From Phycisphaerae bacterium (GTDB taxonomy: Bacteria; Planctomycetota; Phycisphaerae; Phycisphaerales; Phycisphaeraceae): DNA of 64,000 nucleotides. The notes beneath the pieces were generated by a model. The model was given only the letters and a program-made list of their open reading frames with translations, did no database searches and was not told the origin of the DNA. The position numbers and the translations under genes are program-made. The stretch lies in assembly GCA_030432595.1 (NCBI GenBank), contig JAUIGU010000020.1, positions 8,144-72,143 on the forward strand, in the 5' to 3' direction. Shown here piece after piece: positions 16,534-24,533 of this stretch; positions within the stretch are counted from its first letter, which is position 1; every line of letters begins with the position of its first letter.

Positions 16534-19317
16534 CTACGGCTTTGCCCACGCCGGCCACGCCGCGTCGCGATCCATCTGCGACAGGAGCGCGGCGGCCGTG
16601 GTGGTGACGAACTCGAAGTCCTGGCGGCAGTCGATAGCGCGTTGCAGATGCTCACGCGCTGCGTCACGACGGCCTTCGGCCAGGTGCACCGCGGCGATCA
16701 GGAGGTGTGCCGTCGCCGAAGTGAGCCGCGACGATGCGGCGACCCGCAGAAAATCGTCGGCCGTGATTTCGCCCGACATGAACCGCACCCGCGCCAGGGC
16801 CTGCGTGTCGGCGTCGTCCGGGGCGTCGATGTTTCGTACTGCTTCGTGTGCGCGGTCCAGATCGCCGGCCAGGCACCAGAGCAGGAATACACTCCGGCGC
16901 GAGCTGTGCGGGTCCATCGTGACGATGCGCCCGAAATCGAAACTGCGGATGACTTGTTCGCGTGACGAGGCCATCGCCGCCATCACAAACGAAGTGCAAA
17001 AGTCCGGGGTGCCGGTCTGGGTGTGGAGGCGGTAACGGGCGCAGGCGTCGAGGGCGTCGTCGAATCGTCCGGCGCGGTAGAGCGTCATCGCCAGGAAGCC
17101 GATGGTTTTGTCTTCGATCGCGTACCACTCCTGGATCGCATGGTCCAGGTCGCCGATGCGCTCGTAGTAGTAGGCGCGCCAGCGGCGGGCTTCGTAACTA
17201 TCCGGGTAAGCGGCAAGCCGCTCGGCCATCGCCCGGGCGCGGTCAAGGTGGGCGTCGCGGGAGCGCGACGAACCGACGGTGTCGTACCCGGCGGCGGCGG
17301 TGAGGTGGACGTGGAGCCGGCTGCTCAGGATGTACGCCGTCTCGGGGAGCAGGCTCGCGGCCAGTTCAAGGTCGTCCAACGCGCGCTGCGCGTGCGCGGG
17401 GTCGGTGTCGGCGTAAGCACGCTGCGACCGGATCGTGCCCCGGACCAGCCGCGCAACGATGTTCTGGCGGTCGATCTCGACGACGCGGTCCAGCAGCCGT
17501 TCGGCCTCGACCGGGTCGTGGTACGACTCCATCCGCCCCGCGAGGATCAGGTCTTCGATAGACGCAGGCCCGAGCTCGAACACCTCCGTCCGGTGTTCTC
17601 GGCTGAGTGTCCAGAGATCGACTCGGGCGTAGGCTTCGGCCAACAGTGCGTGCGCTGCGAGCGACCCGGGATCGCTGGCCAATACCTCCTTGAACGCCGC
17701 AACCGCCGACTGGAAGTCCGCGGACACCGTATCGACCTGGCCGCGCAGCAGGAGCAGGCGTTCCATTGAGGCTCCCAGGTGTTCGGCTTCCCGGATCGCG
17801 TCGCGCGCGGCGGCGAGGTCGCCCTGCATCGCCGCCAGCAAGGACCGCTCGAACAGGCGCTCCTGCTCGGTCTGTTGGGTGCGCACGAGGGTGTCCTGGG
17901 CGCGTTCGAGCCGCTGCTCGGCCCGGGCACGACCGCGCCCCTCCCGGTAGATGCCGTACGCCAGCCACGACGCGCTGACGCCCAGCACCAACGCGATCGA
18001 ACAGGCTGCGGACAACGCCTGATGTCGTCGCACGAACTTGATGCCGCGCGCGACCGGCCCGGCGCGGCGTGCGTTGATGGCGAACCGGTCGACGTAACGC
18101 CGCAGGTCGTCAGCGAAGGCGCCGGCGGATCCGTACCGCTCGGCGGGATCGATGGCCAACGCCTTGAGGCAGATCGTTTCGAGGTCGCGCGGCACGCGCG
18201 GGTTCAACCGGCGCGGCGACCTCGGCGGGTCGCGCCCGATCTGCGTGAGCACCTGCTGCCGGTTGCGCCCCGGGAACGGCGGCTGTAACGTCAGCAATTC
18301 GTAGAGCGTCGCGCCCAGCGCGTACACGTCCGTACGCACATCGATCTCCGCCGAACCGCCCGCGACCTGTTCGGGGGCCATGTAGTACGGCGTGCCGATG
18401 CACTCGCCGGTCTGCGTGATGCCGGGTTCGTCGAGGATCCGGGCGAGCCCGAAGTCTCCGAGGTGCAGAGTGCCGTCATTTGAGTAAAGAAGGTTCGATG
18501 GTTTGATGTCGCGGTGGATGACGCCGTGCTGGTGGGCGTAGTCGAGCCCGGACGCCACGTCCGCCATCTGCGTCGCCACGCGGTCGAAGTAGTTCTGAGA
18601 CAGATCGTCTAGAACCGTCTGCAAGGCGTCCGACGCCTCGCCGGGCACCTCCGGCTCGGCGCCGGGGTTTGACGCGGCGTCTAATTGTGCGGTGGTCGTG
18701 CGGTCATCGCTGACGTCGTCGTGGGTGCTGGCGGACCGCAACTCGGGCAGCGGTTGGGCGCGGAGTTGCCGGATGACCTGGCCGAGGGTGGGCCCGTCCG
18801 CGAGTTCCATGGCGTAGTACACGCAGCCCCGGGCTTGCCCGGACGCGAACACGCCGATCAGGTTCGTGTGGTGGAGCCGGGCGGCGGCCTCGATCTCGTG
18901 CTGAAACCGCTTGCGGGCCCGCGGCGAAAACTGGAGCTGAGCGGGCAGCACCTTGAGCGCGACGTCGCGTTGGAGCGAGAGCTGCCGGGCGCGGAAGACG
19001 CGCCCCATGCCGCCGGCCCCGATCAACGCCTCGACCTGGAAGTCACCGAGTGTGACCCCCGGGCCGGGGCTCGTGTACGCGTCCACTGACGCTTGAGCAG
19101 CGGGCATGTCTTGCGTCACGTCCTCACCCACGCCGTCATCCGGCAGGAACGTCGAGGCCTGGTCGTGCATTTCGAGCAGCGCCTGCACTTCGCCGAACAA
19201 CCCGTCGTCTTCTCCACACGCCCCGCGCACGAACGCCGCGCGTTCTTGAGGTTCCCGGTCCAGCGTCGCCTCGAATACCTCCAGCGCCCGGCGTGCGCGG
19301 TCAGTGTCCATGCTCAC
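16534..19317 (-). CDS. Transmembrane Ser/Thr protein kinase with C-terminal TPR-like sensor region (ECF-associated)
   Basis: Kinase motifs HRDIKPSNLL, GDFGLA and YMAPEQ. One TM helix (ALSAACSIALVLGVSASWLAYGIY) and about 470 aa of helical repeats. The start (GTG 19317 or ATG 19311) overlaps the 3' end of the ECF sigma gene. Confidence 0.9.
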   Translation of the reverse strand: MSMDTDRARRALEVFEATLDREPQERAAFVRGACGEDDGLFGEVQALLEMHDQASTFLPDDGVGEDVTQDMPAAQASVDAYTSPGPGVTLGDFQVEALIGAGGMGRVFRARQLSLQRDVALKVLPAQLQFSPRARKRFQHEIEAAARLHHTNLIGVFASGQARGCVYYAMELADGPTLGQVIRQLRAQPLPELRSASTHDDVSDDRTTTAQLDAASNPGAEPEVPGEASDALQTVLDDLSQNYFDRVATQMADVASGLDYAHQHGVIHRDIKPSNLLYSNDGTLHLGDFGLARILDEPGITQTGECIGTPYYMAPEQVAGGSAEIDVRTDVYALGATLYELLTLQPPFPGRNRQQVLTQIGRDPPRSPRRLNPRVPRDLETICLKALAIDPAERYGSAGAFADDLRRYVDRFAINARRAGPVARGIKFVRRHQALSAACSIALVLGVSASWLAYGIYREGRGRARAEQRLERAQDTLVRTQQTEQERLFERSLLAAMQGDLAAARDAIREAEHLGASMERLLLLRGQVDTVSADFQSAVAAFKEVLASDPGSLAAHALLAEAYARVDLWTLSREHRTEVFELGPASIEDLILAGRMESYHDPVEAERLLDRVVEIDRQNIVARLVRGTIRSQRAYADTDPAHAQRALDDLELAASLLPETAYILSSRLHVHLTAAAGYDTVGSSRSRDAHLDRARAMAERLAAYPDSYEARRWRAYYYERIGDLDHAIQEWYAIEDKTIGFLAMTLYRAGRFDDALDACARYRLHTQTGTPDFCTSFVMAAMASSREQVIRSFDFGRIVTMDPHSSRRSVFLLWCLAGDLDRAHEAVRNIDAPDDADTQALARVRFMSGEITADDFLRVAASSRLTSATAHLLIAAVHLAEGRRDAAREHLQRAIDCRQDFEFVTTTAAALLSQMDRDAAWPAWAKP

Positions 19318-19885
19318 CGTCCTCGGTCATCGCCCGCATCAGCCAGGTCCGCGCGACGTCCCAGTCGCGCTTCACCGTCGCCGGCGAGATCGACAGGGCC
19401 TGCGACACCTCGGCGACCGACAGCCCTCCGAAGTAACGCATCTCCACGACCTGCCCTTTGCGCGGGTCAATCTCGGTCAGGCCGTTGAGCGCTTCGTGCA
19501 GGTCGAGCAACTCGGGGCTCTGCTCTTCGCAGGCGATGAGTGCTTCGTCGAGCGAGAGCTTCTGCCGTCCGCCTCCGCGCTTGGTCCGGCCCCGGCCGCG
19601 GGCGTGATCGACCAGCAGGTTCCGCATGGCCCGCGCCGCCAACGCCATGAACTCCCCCTGGCTCTCGACGGTCACCGAGCTGTTTTCCAACAGCTTGACC
19701 GAGACCTCGTGGACCAAGGCCGTGGCGGTGAGCGTGTGGTCAGGCCGTTCGCTCCGCATCCGCGCGGTTGCGAGCCGGTGCAACTGGTCGTAGGTCGCCT
19801 GGAGCAGTTCGCTCCGCGCGTCCGAGTCGCCGGTGCGGGCACGGGATAGCAGGGCAGAGACATCCATCATCCGGCTCGTGAACAC
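19301..19885 (-). CDS. ECF sigma factor, Ser/Thr-kinase-associated type (ECF43 / TIGR02999-like)
   Basis: LLSRARTGDSDARSELLQATYDQLHRLA...TLTATALVHEVSVKL (sigma-2 region) and VVEMRYFGGLSVAEVSQALSISPATVKRDW (sigma-4 region). No anti-sigma gene is present; a kinase gene follows directly. Confidence 0.9.
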   Translation of the reverse strand: MFTSRMMDVSALLSRARTGDSDARSELLQATYDQLHRLATARMRSERPDHTLTATALVHEVSVKLLENSSVTVESQGEFMALAARAMRNLLVDHARGRGRTKRGGGRQKLSLDEALIACEEQSPELLDLHEALNGLTEIDPRKGQVVEMRYFGGLSVAEVSQALSISPATVKRDWDVARTWLMRAMTEDGEHGH

Positions 19886-20101
19886 GCCCGCGGGGTTTTA
19901 CGCAACATCAGTTTGATTCGAGAGTTATGGATGAACCGCGGCGCTCGACCAGGCCGTGAACATTTTAACTTCACGTTGGGAATCGAGCGATCTTCGTCTT
20001 TTTTCCTTTCTCGGGTGAGCCCCACGGCCTGCGGTTGTCGCTTTGGAGGTTGGCGGGCGTCCTCGTGGACGCCCGGGTGGAACCTTCAACGGAGAGACCC
20101 C

Positions 20102-22234
20102 ATGTTTCCCGCACCGCGGCGTCGGCGTTGTCGAACCCCTTGGAACCGGTTAGCCCGGGCGTGTGTCGCCGTGGGCATGATCCTCATGGCCGTCGGACCC
20201 GCGTCCCGGGCCCAGGACACCCACGAGTGGATCGACCCGACCGGCGGGGTTTACGGCAGCTTCAACAACTGGACGCCGATCGGCGTCCCCGCGCCGCTGG
20301 ACACCGCGCGCTTCAACCTCAACGCCGACTACCGCGTGTCCTTCATCCAGAACCGCCAGACGCGGCTGCTTCAGGTGCTCAACGGCGACGTCGTCTTCGA
20401 AGGTTCCGGCATCGACACCAGCGACCGCACCTTCACGGTGGAGGACCTGTTCATCAGCAACGCACCCGAAGTTGCGATCGAGCAGAACGCGTCGGGGAAG
20501 AGGCTCACGCTCGAGGTCACGGACGACGCGAGTGTCCGCGGGACGCTGACCGTGAGCCAGCACAACACGTTCGAGACCAACAGCGCCGTCGTGGACAGCG
20601 GGTTGTCGGCGAGCAGAGCGTCCGTCTACGTCATCGGTGGTCTTTCGAACACCGACCGCTCGTTCTGGGAGACGTCCACCCTCGAAGTCGGCAGCAACGA
20701 CAACGGCTCGGTCTGGCTGCTCGACGGCGGCATGCTGCAGGCCCACGGCCACACCACCGTGGGACGCGCCGCGGGCAGCGACGGCGAGATCGTCGTAACG
20801 GGCGTCGGCGGGCTCTACAGCTCGGACTTCCGCAGCGCGGGGGGGATCACGCTCGGCGAATCCGGCACCGCACGCCTCTCGGTGTTGAACGGCGCGTTCG
20901 CCTCGACGGCCGGGGCTGTGCTCGGGGACAGCGCGGGCGGGCGCGGGACGGTGACCATCGGCGGCACGTCGGGCAACATCGTCTCGCAATGGATCGCCGG
21001 GAACCTCAACGTCAAGCGGGGCGACGTCACCGTGAACCGCGGCGGATCGCTCCGGTCCGACGGCGCCACGATCGGTGATGCGGAAGTCAGCAGCCTCACG
21101 CTTTCGGGTACGGGTACCGCTGGGGTATTGCCGATCTGGAATGCCGAGGGCGAAACCACGATCGGAGACGGCGCAAACGCCAACCTCGAAGTGCAGGCCG
21201 GCGGGCGGGCCAACATGGAGCAGGTCTACGTCGGCCGCGACCCCGGCACGACCGGCCGCATCAACCTCTCGAGCTCGTTCACTGAGACCGAGTCCCGGCT
21301 GTTCGTGTCCAACAACCTCTACCTCGGCGGTACCGGCTTCGGCCAGGGCGGCGTCGGGCACCTCAACCTGATCGGCAACGCGTTCGCCCGCATCGACAAC
21401 CGCATCACGATCTTCGGCAGCAGCAGCGTCGTCCTGGGGCCCAGCAGCCAGCTCGTGGTCAGAGAGATCGAGAACGACAACGGCGGCTTCTTCGACTTCC
21501 TTCGCGGCGAGCTGAACGTGCGCACATATACCGGCGACCTGGTCAATCAAGAGGGCACGATCTCCCCGTACGCCGGGGGCTCGTTGTCTGGCGACGGCGC
21601 GGGGTTGATGACCATCGACGGCGACTACACCCAGCAGGCCGGCGCGACCTACGCCGTGGACATCGACGGCGAGATCTGCGGCATCGGCTACGACCACATC
21701 GACGTGACCGGCCAGGCGTTCCTGGGCGGCGACCTGGAGCTCACGCTGCTCGACGGGTTCGAGCCCGATGGCGACGACCTCTTCGACATCCTGTCCGCGA
21801 GCTCCCTCATCGGCAGCTTCGCCAACGCCGCGCCCGGTCAGCGCCTCGAGACCACCGACGGCATGGGTTCCTTCGTCGTCAACTACGGCAACACCAGCCC
21901 GTTCAACGCGAACCAGGTCATCCTCAGCGACTACCTCTTCCTCGGTGCCGACCTGCCCGGCGACTACAACCTGAACGGCCAGGTCGAGCAGGGTGACCTG
22001 GACCTGGTCCTCCAGAACTGGGGCCTGGACACGACCGCGTCGGGCATCCCTGCGGGTTGGCTCAACGACATCCCCGACGGCCTGATCGATCAGGCCGAGC
22101 TGGACGGCGTGCTCCTGAACTGGGGCGGCGCGGCCGCGCCGGACTTCACCGGCTCCGCCGTGCCCGAGCCCGCGTCCGTGGTGCTGCTCGCGCTGGGCGG
22201 TCTGGTGGCCCGGAGCCGGACGCAGCACCGCTGA
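20102..22234 (+). CDS. Large secreted beta-helix-like protein with C-terminal dockerin-like repeat and PEP-CTERM anchor (paralog A)
   Basis: Signal peptide MFPAPRRRRC...AVGPASRAQD. N-terminal W-x-x-x-G-G-x-Y-x-x-x-N-W motif and G/S/T/N-rich repeats. C-terminus: GDYNLNGQVEQGDLDLVLQNWG...AVPEPASVVLLALGGLVARSR. The start is chosen at the first ATG preceding the signal peptide. Confidence 0.8.
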   Translation: MFPAPRRRRCRTPWNRLARACVAVGMILMAVGPASRAQDTHEWIDPTGGVYGSFNNWTPIGVPAPLDTARFNLNADYRVSFIQNRQTRLLQVLNGDVVFEGSGIDTSDRTFTVEDLFISNAPEVAIEQNASGKRLTLEVTDDASVRGTLTVSQHNTFETNSAVVDSGLSASRASVYVIGGLSNTDRSFWETSTLEVGSNDNGSVWLLDGGMLQAHGHTTVGRAAGSDGEIVVTGVGGLYSSDFRSAGGITLGESGTARLSVLNGAFASTAGAVLGDSAGGRGTVTIGGTSGNIVSQWIAGNLNVKRGDVTVNRGGSLRSDGATIGDAEVSSLTLSGTGTAGVLPIWNAEGETTIGDGANANLEVQAGGRANMEQVYVGRDPGTTGRINLSSSFTETESRLFVSNNLYLGGTGFGQGGVGHLNLIGNAFARIDNRITIFGSSSVVLGPSSQLVVREIENDNGGFFDFLRGELNVRTYTGDLVNQEGTISPYAGGSLSGDGAGLMTIDGDYTQQAGATYAVDIDGEICGIGYDHIDVTGQAFLGGDLELTLLDGFEPDGDDLFDILSASSLIGSFANAAPGQRLETTDGMGSFVVNYGNTSPFNANQVILSDYLFLGADLPGDYNLNGQVEQGDLDLVLQNWGLDTTASGIPAGWLNDIPDGLIDQAELDGVLLNWGGAAAPDFTGSAVPEPASVVLLALGGLVARSRTQHR

Positions 22235-22338
22235 TTCGGAAATCCGTTGAGCCCATTCGTTTCGTTTTGTCGCCTTCGAGGTTGAGGGCCGCGGTTCGGT
22301 GGGTCCTCTGCAAACTGAACTTCAACCGGAGACTCGGC

Positions 22339-24495
22339 ATGTTCCTCACCCGTGCAGCGTTCCTGGCGTCTAAATCCATCACCGGAACCCTGGCGGCGGC
22401 GGCCGTGGTGATGAACGCTTCTCCAGGCCACGCCCAGAATGCGTCGTGGATCAACTCCCTCGGCGGCTTCTACGAAAACGCCAACAACTGGGTGCCCGGC
22501 GTCGTGCCGACGGCGACCAACGACGTCATCTTCGGCGTGTCCGGCGACTACTTCGTGGGCCTGTTCAACGACCAGACCGTGCACGACGTGCTCATCGCCA
22601 ACAACGTCGATCTGAATCTGAGCGTGGCAGGGCCTTCGGGCAACTCGCGTCTCTACACCCTCACCGGGCAGGCGACCATCGACAACAGCTCGCTCACCCT
22701 CGGCGGCACCGGCCCCGACGGGCGCGTCAACATGGAGGTCGGCGGCAAACTCGAGATGCAGGGCGGAAGATTCGATTTGCTCAACGGAGCCCAATTGACC
22801 TCGCAGACGAGTCTGACCAACTCGAACATTCTCGAGGGTGCGGGGAGCATCGACAGCACGATGATTATCCGCGGCACCGACGCCACCGGGCAGCCGTCGC
22901 GTTGGCAGTCGGGTGGGGGCACGAAGGTGGGAGACAGCGGCGGCCCGGCCGGCTTAGCCGTTCTCGAAGGCGGGCAGGTGTCCGCGGTGGGCTCCGTGTC
23001 CATTGGCGGTAATGTCATGGCCGACGGTTCGTCGCTCGAAGTCCGCGGAACATCGACGGGCGGCGCGCCTTCGAGTTTGACCAGCGGTTTCTTCCAACTC
23101 GGATTCTTGAGCGGGGGCGGCGGCCTCTCCCGGGCGACTGCACAGGTTGCTGACGGCGCAAACGTCATCACGGGCGGCGTGCAGGTGTTTCGAGACAGCA
23201 GGGTGATCGTCGATCATGAAGACGTGAACCGGAACGCGTCGCGTTTGGCGGCCAGCGGCTTTCAGGTTTTCGGAGGGTTTGTAGACGTTCTGAGGGGCGG
23301 ACTTATCACGAGCGACTCGCTCAGTCTTGACCGACTTGCCATCGCCAGAGTCGAGGGCGTCGGGGCGAACGGCCGGCCCTCGCGGTGGGACGTCAACGGC
23401 AACATCCGACTCGGCAGCAGCAACGGATTCGGCTCGCTGCTCATCGACAGCGGGCTCGTCACCAGCACGACCACGACGATCGGCGAGGGCACCGGCAGCA
23501 GCCTGCTCAGCGTCGAAGGGCTGTTCGGTGCCCAAGGCGTCTGGGAAAACACCGGCGACGTCTACGTCGGCGGCTCGACGACCGGGCCCGAGGCCGACGG
23601 GCTCTTGCGCCTGTTCGACGACGACGCCCGTGTCGCGATCGGCGGCACCCTCAAGGTCTGGAGCTCCGGCACGACCACCATGCACGGCGGCATCTTGCGC
23701 GCCGACACCATCGACCACACCCACGGCGGTACGTTCGATTTCAACGCAGGCACGCTCGGCGTCAACACCTTCAACGGCGACCTGCTAAACCAGGCCGGCA
23801 CGTTCGCGCCCGGCGTCGGCACCGATGTGGGTGCGTCCACCGTCGTCGGCGACTACACCCAGCAATCCAGCGGCAAGCTCGCCCTGGACATCGGTGGCAC
23901 CGGCCCCGGGTCGACGCATGACCTCGTCAGTATTACCGGCGACGCGCAGGTCGATGGCCTTTTGGAGCTGTCTCTGATCAACGGCTTCACGCCCGACGCG
24001 GCCGACACCTTCACCGTCTTCGCCGCCGGCAGCCTCATCGGCTTCTTCGACAACGTCTTCACCGGCCAGCGCCTCGACACCACGGATGGCGGCGGCTCCT
24101 TCGTGGTGAACTACGGCCTCGGCAGCGCGTTCAACGAAAACCGCATCATCCTCAGCGACTTCCTTGCCAACGTGTTGCTCGCCGGCGATTACAACGGCTC
24201 GGGTCAGGTCGAGCAGGGCGACCTGGACCTGGTGCTCCAGAACTGGGGCGTCGATACCGATGTGGCGGGCACCCCCGCCGGATGGAACCACGATCTGCCG
24301 TCCGGGCTGATCGAGCAGACCGAACTCGACGGCGTGCTCCAGAACTGGGGCAGCGCTTCGACGCCCGACTTCCGCGGGTCGGCGGTGCCCGAGCCTTCGT
24401 CGATGGTTGTTCTGGTTGTAGGCTTCTCGGCGTTGATCAACCGTCGCCGCCGAGTCGGGGGTCATGTCGTTTTGCTGCGATATCACTCCGTGTAA
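22339..24495 (+). CDS. Large secreted beta-helix-like protein with dockerin-like repeat and PEP-CTERM anchor (paralog B)
   Basis: GGAG lies 7 nt upstream of ATG 22339. Signal peptide MFLTRAAFLASKSITGTLAAAAVVMNASPGHAQ. It shares the N-terminal and GDYTQQ...FVVNYG modules with paralog A. C-terminus: GDYNGSGQVEQGDLDLVLQNWG...AVPEPSSMVVLVVGFSALINRRRR. Confidence 0.8.
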   Translation: MFLTRAAFLASKSITGTLAAAAVVMNASPGHAQNASWINSLGGFYENANNWVPGVVPTATNDVIFGVSGDYFVGLFNDQTVHDVLIANNVDLNLSVAGPSGNSRLYTLTGQATIDNSSLTLGGTGPDGRVNMEVGGKLEMQGGRFDLLNGAQLTSQTSLTNSNILEGAGSIDSTMIIRGTDATGQPSRWQSGGGTKVGDSGGPAGLAVLEGGQVSAVGSVSIGGNVMADGSSLEVRGTSTGGAPSSLTSGFFQLGFLSGGGGLSRATAQVADGANVITGGVQVFRDSRVIVDHEDVNRNASRLAASGFQVFGGFVDVLRGGLITSDSLSLDRLAIARVEGVGANGRPSRWDVNGNIRLGSSNGFGSLLIDSGLVTSTTTTIGEGTGSSLLSVEGLFGAQGVWENTGDVYVGGSTTGPEADGLLRLFDDDARVAIGGTLKVWSSGTTTMHGGILRADTIDHTHGGTFDFNAGTLGVNTFNGDLLNQAGTFAPGVGTDVGASTVVGDYTQQSSGKLALDIGGTGPGSTHDLVSITGDAQVDGLLELSLINGFTPDAADTFTVFAAGSLIGFFDNVFTGQRLDTTDGGGSFVVNYGLGSAFNENRIILSDFLANVLLAGDYNGSGQVEQGDLDLVLQNWGVDTDVAGTPAGWNHDLPSGLIEQTELDGVLQNWGSASTPDFRGSAVPEPSSMVVLVVGFSALINRRRRVGGHVVLLRYHSV

Positions 24496-24533
24496 GGCTG
24501 ATCGATGCACTATGTCGGCGCGGGGGGATGGAC

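Noticed and set aside
14906-16558. 550-aa - strand ORF, plus similar long antisense or off-frame ORFs. These are 20150-22228(-), 28224-29837(-), 34033-35658(-), 37587-38939(-), 42100-43842(+), 48774-50126(+), 52676-54295(-), 54455-55753(-), 59402-61090(-) and 61979-63808(-)
   Set aside because: All overlap genes with strong family signatures on the other strand or frame. Their Arg/Gly/Ala/Asp/Pro-rich, low-complexity translations are typical of high-GC shadow ORFs.
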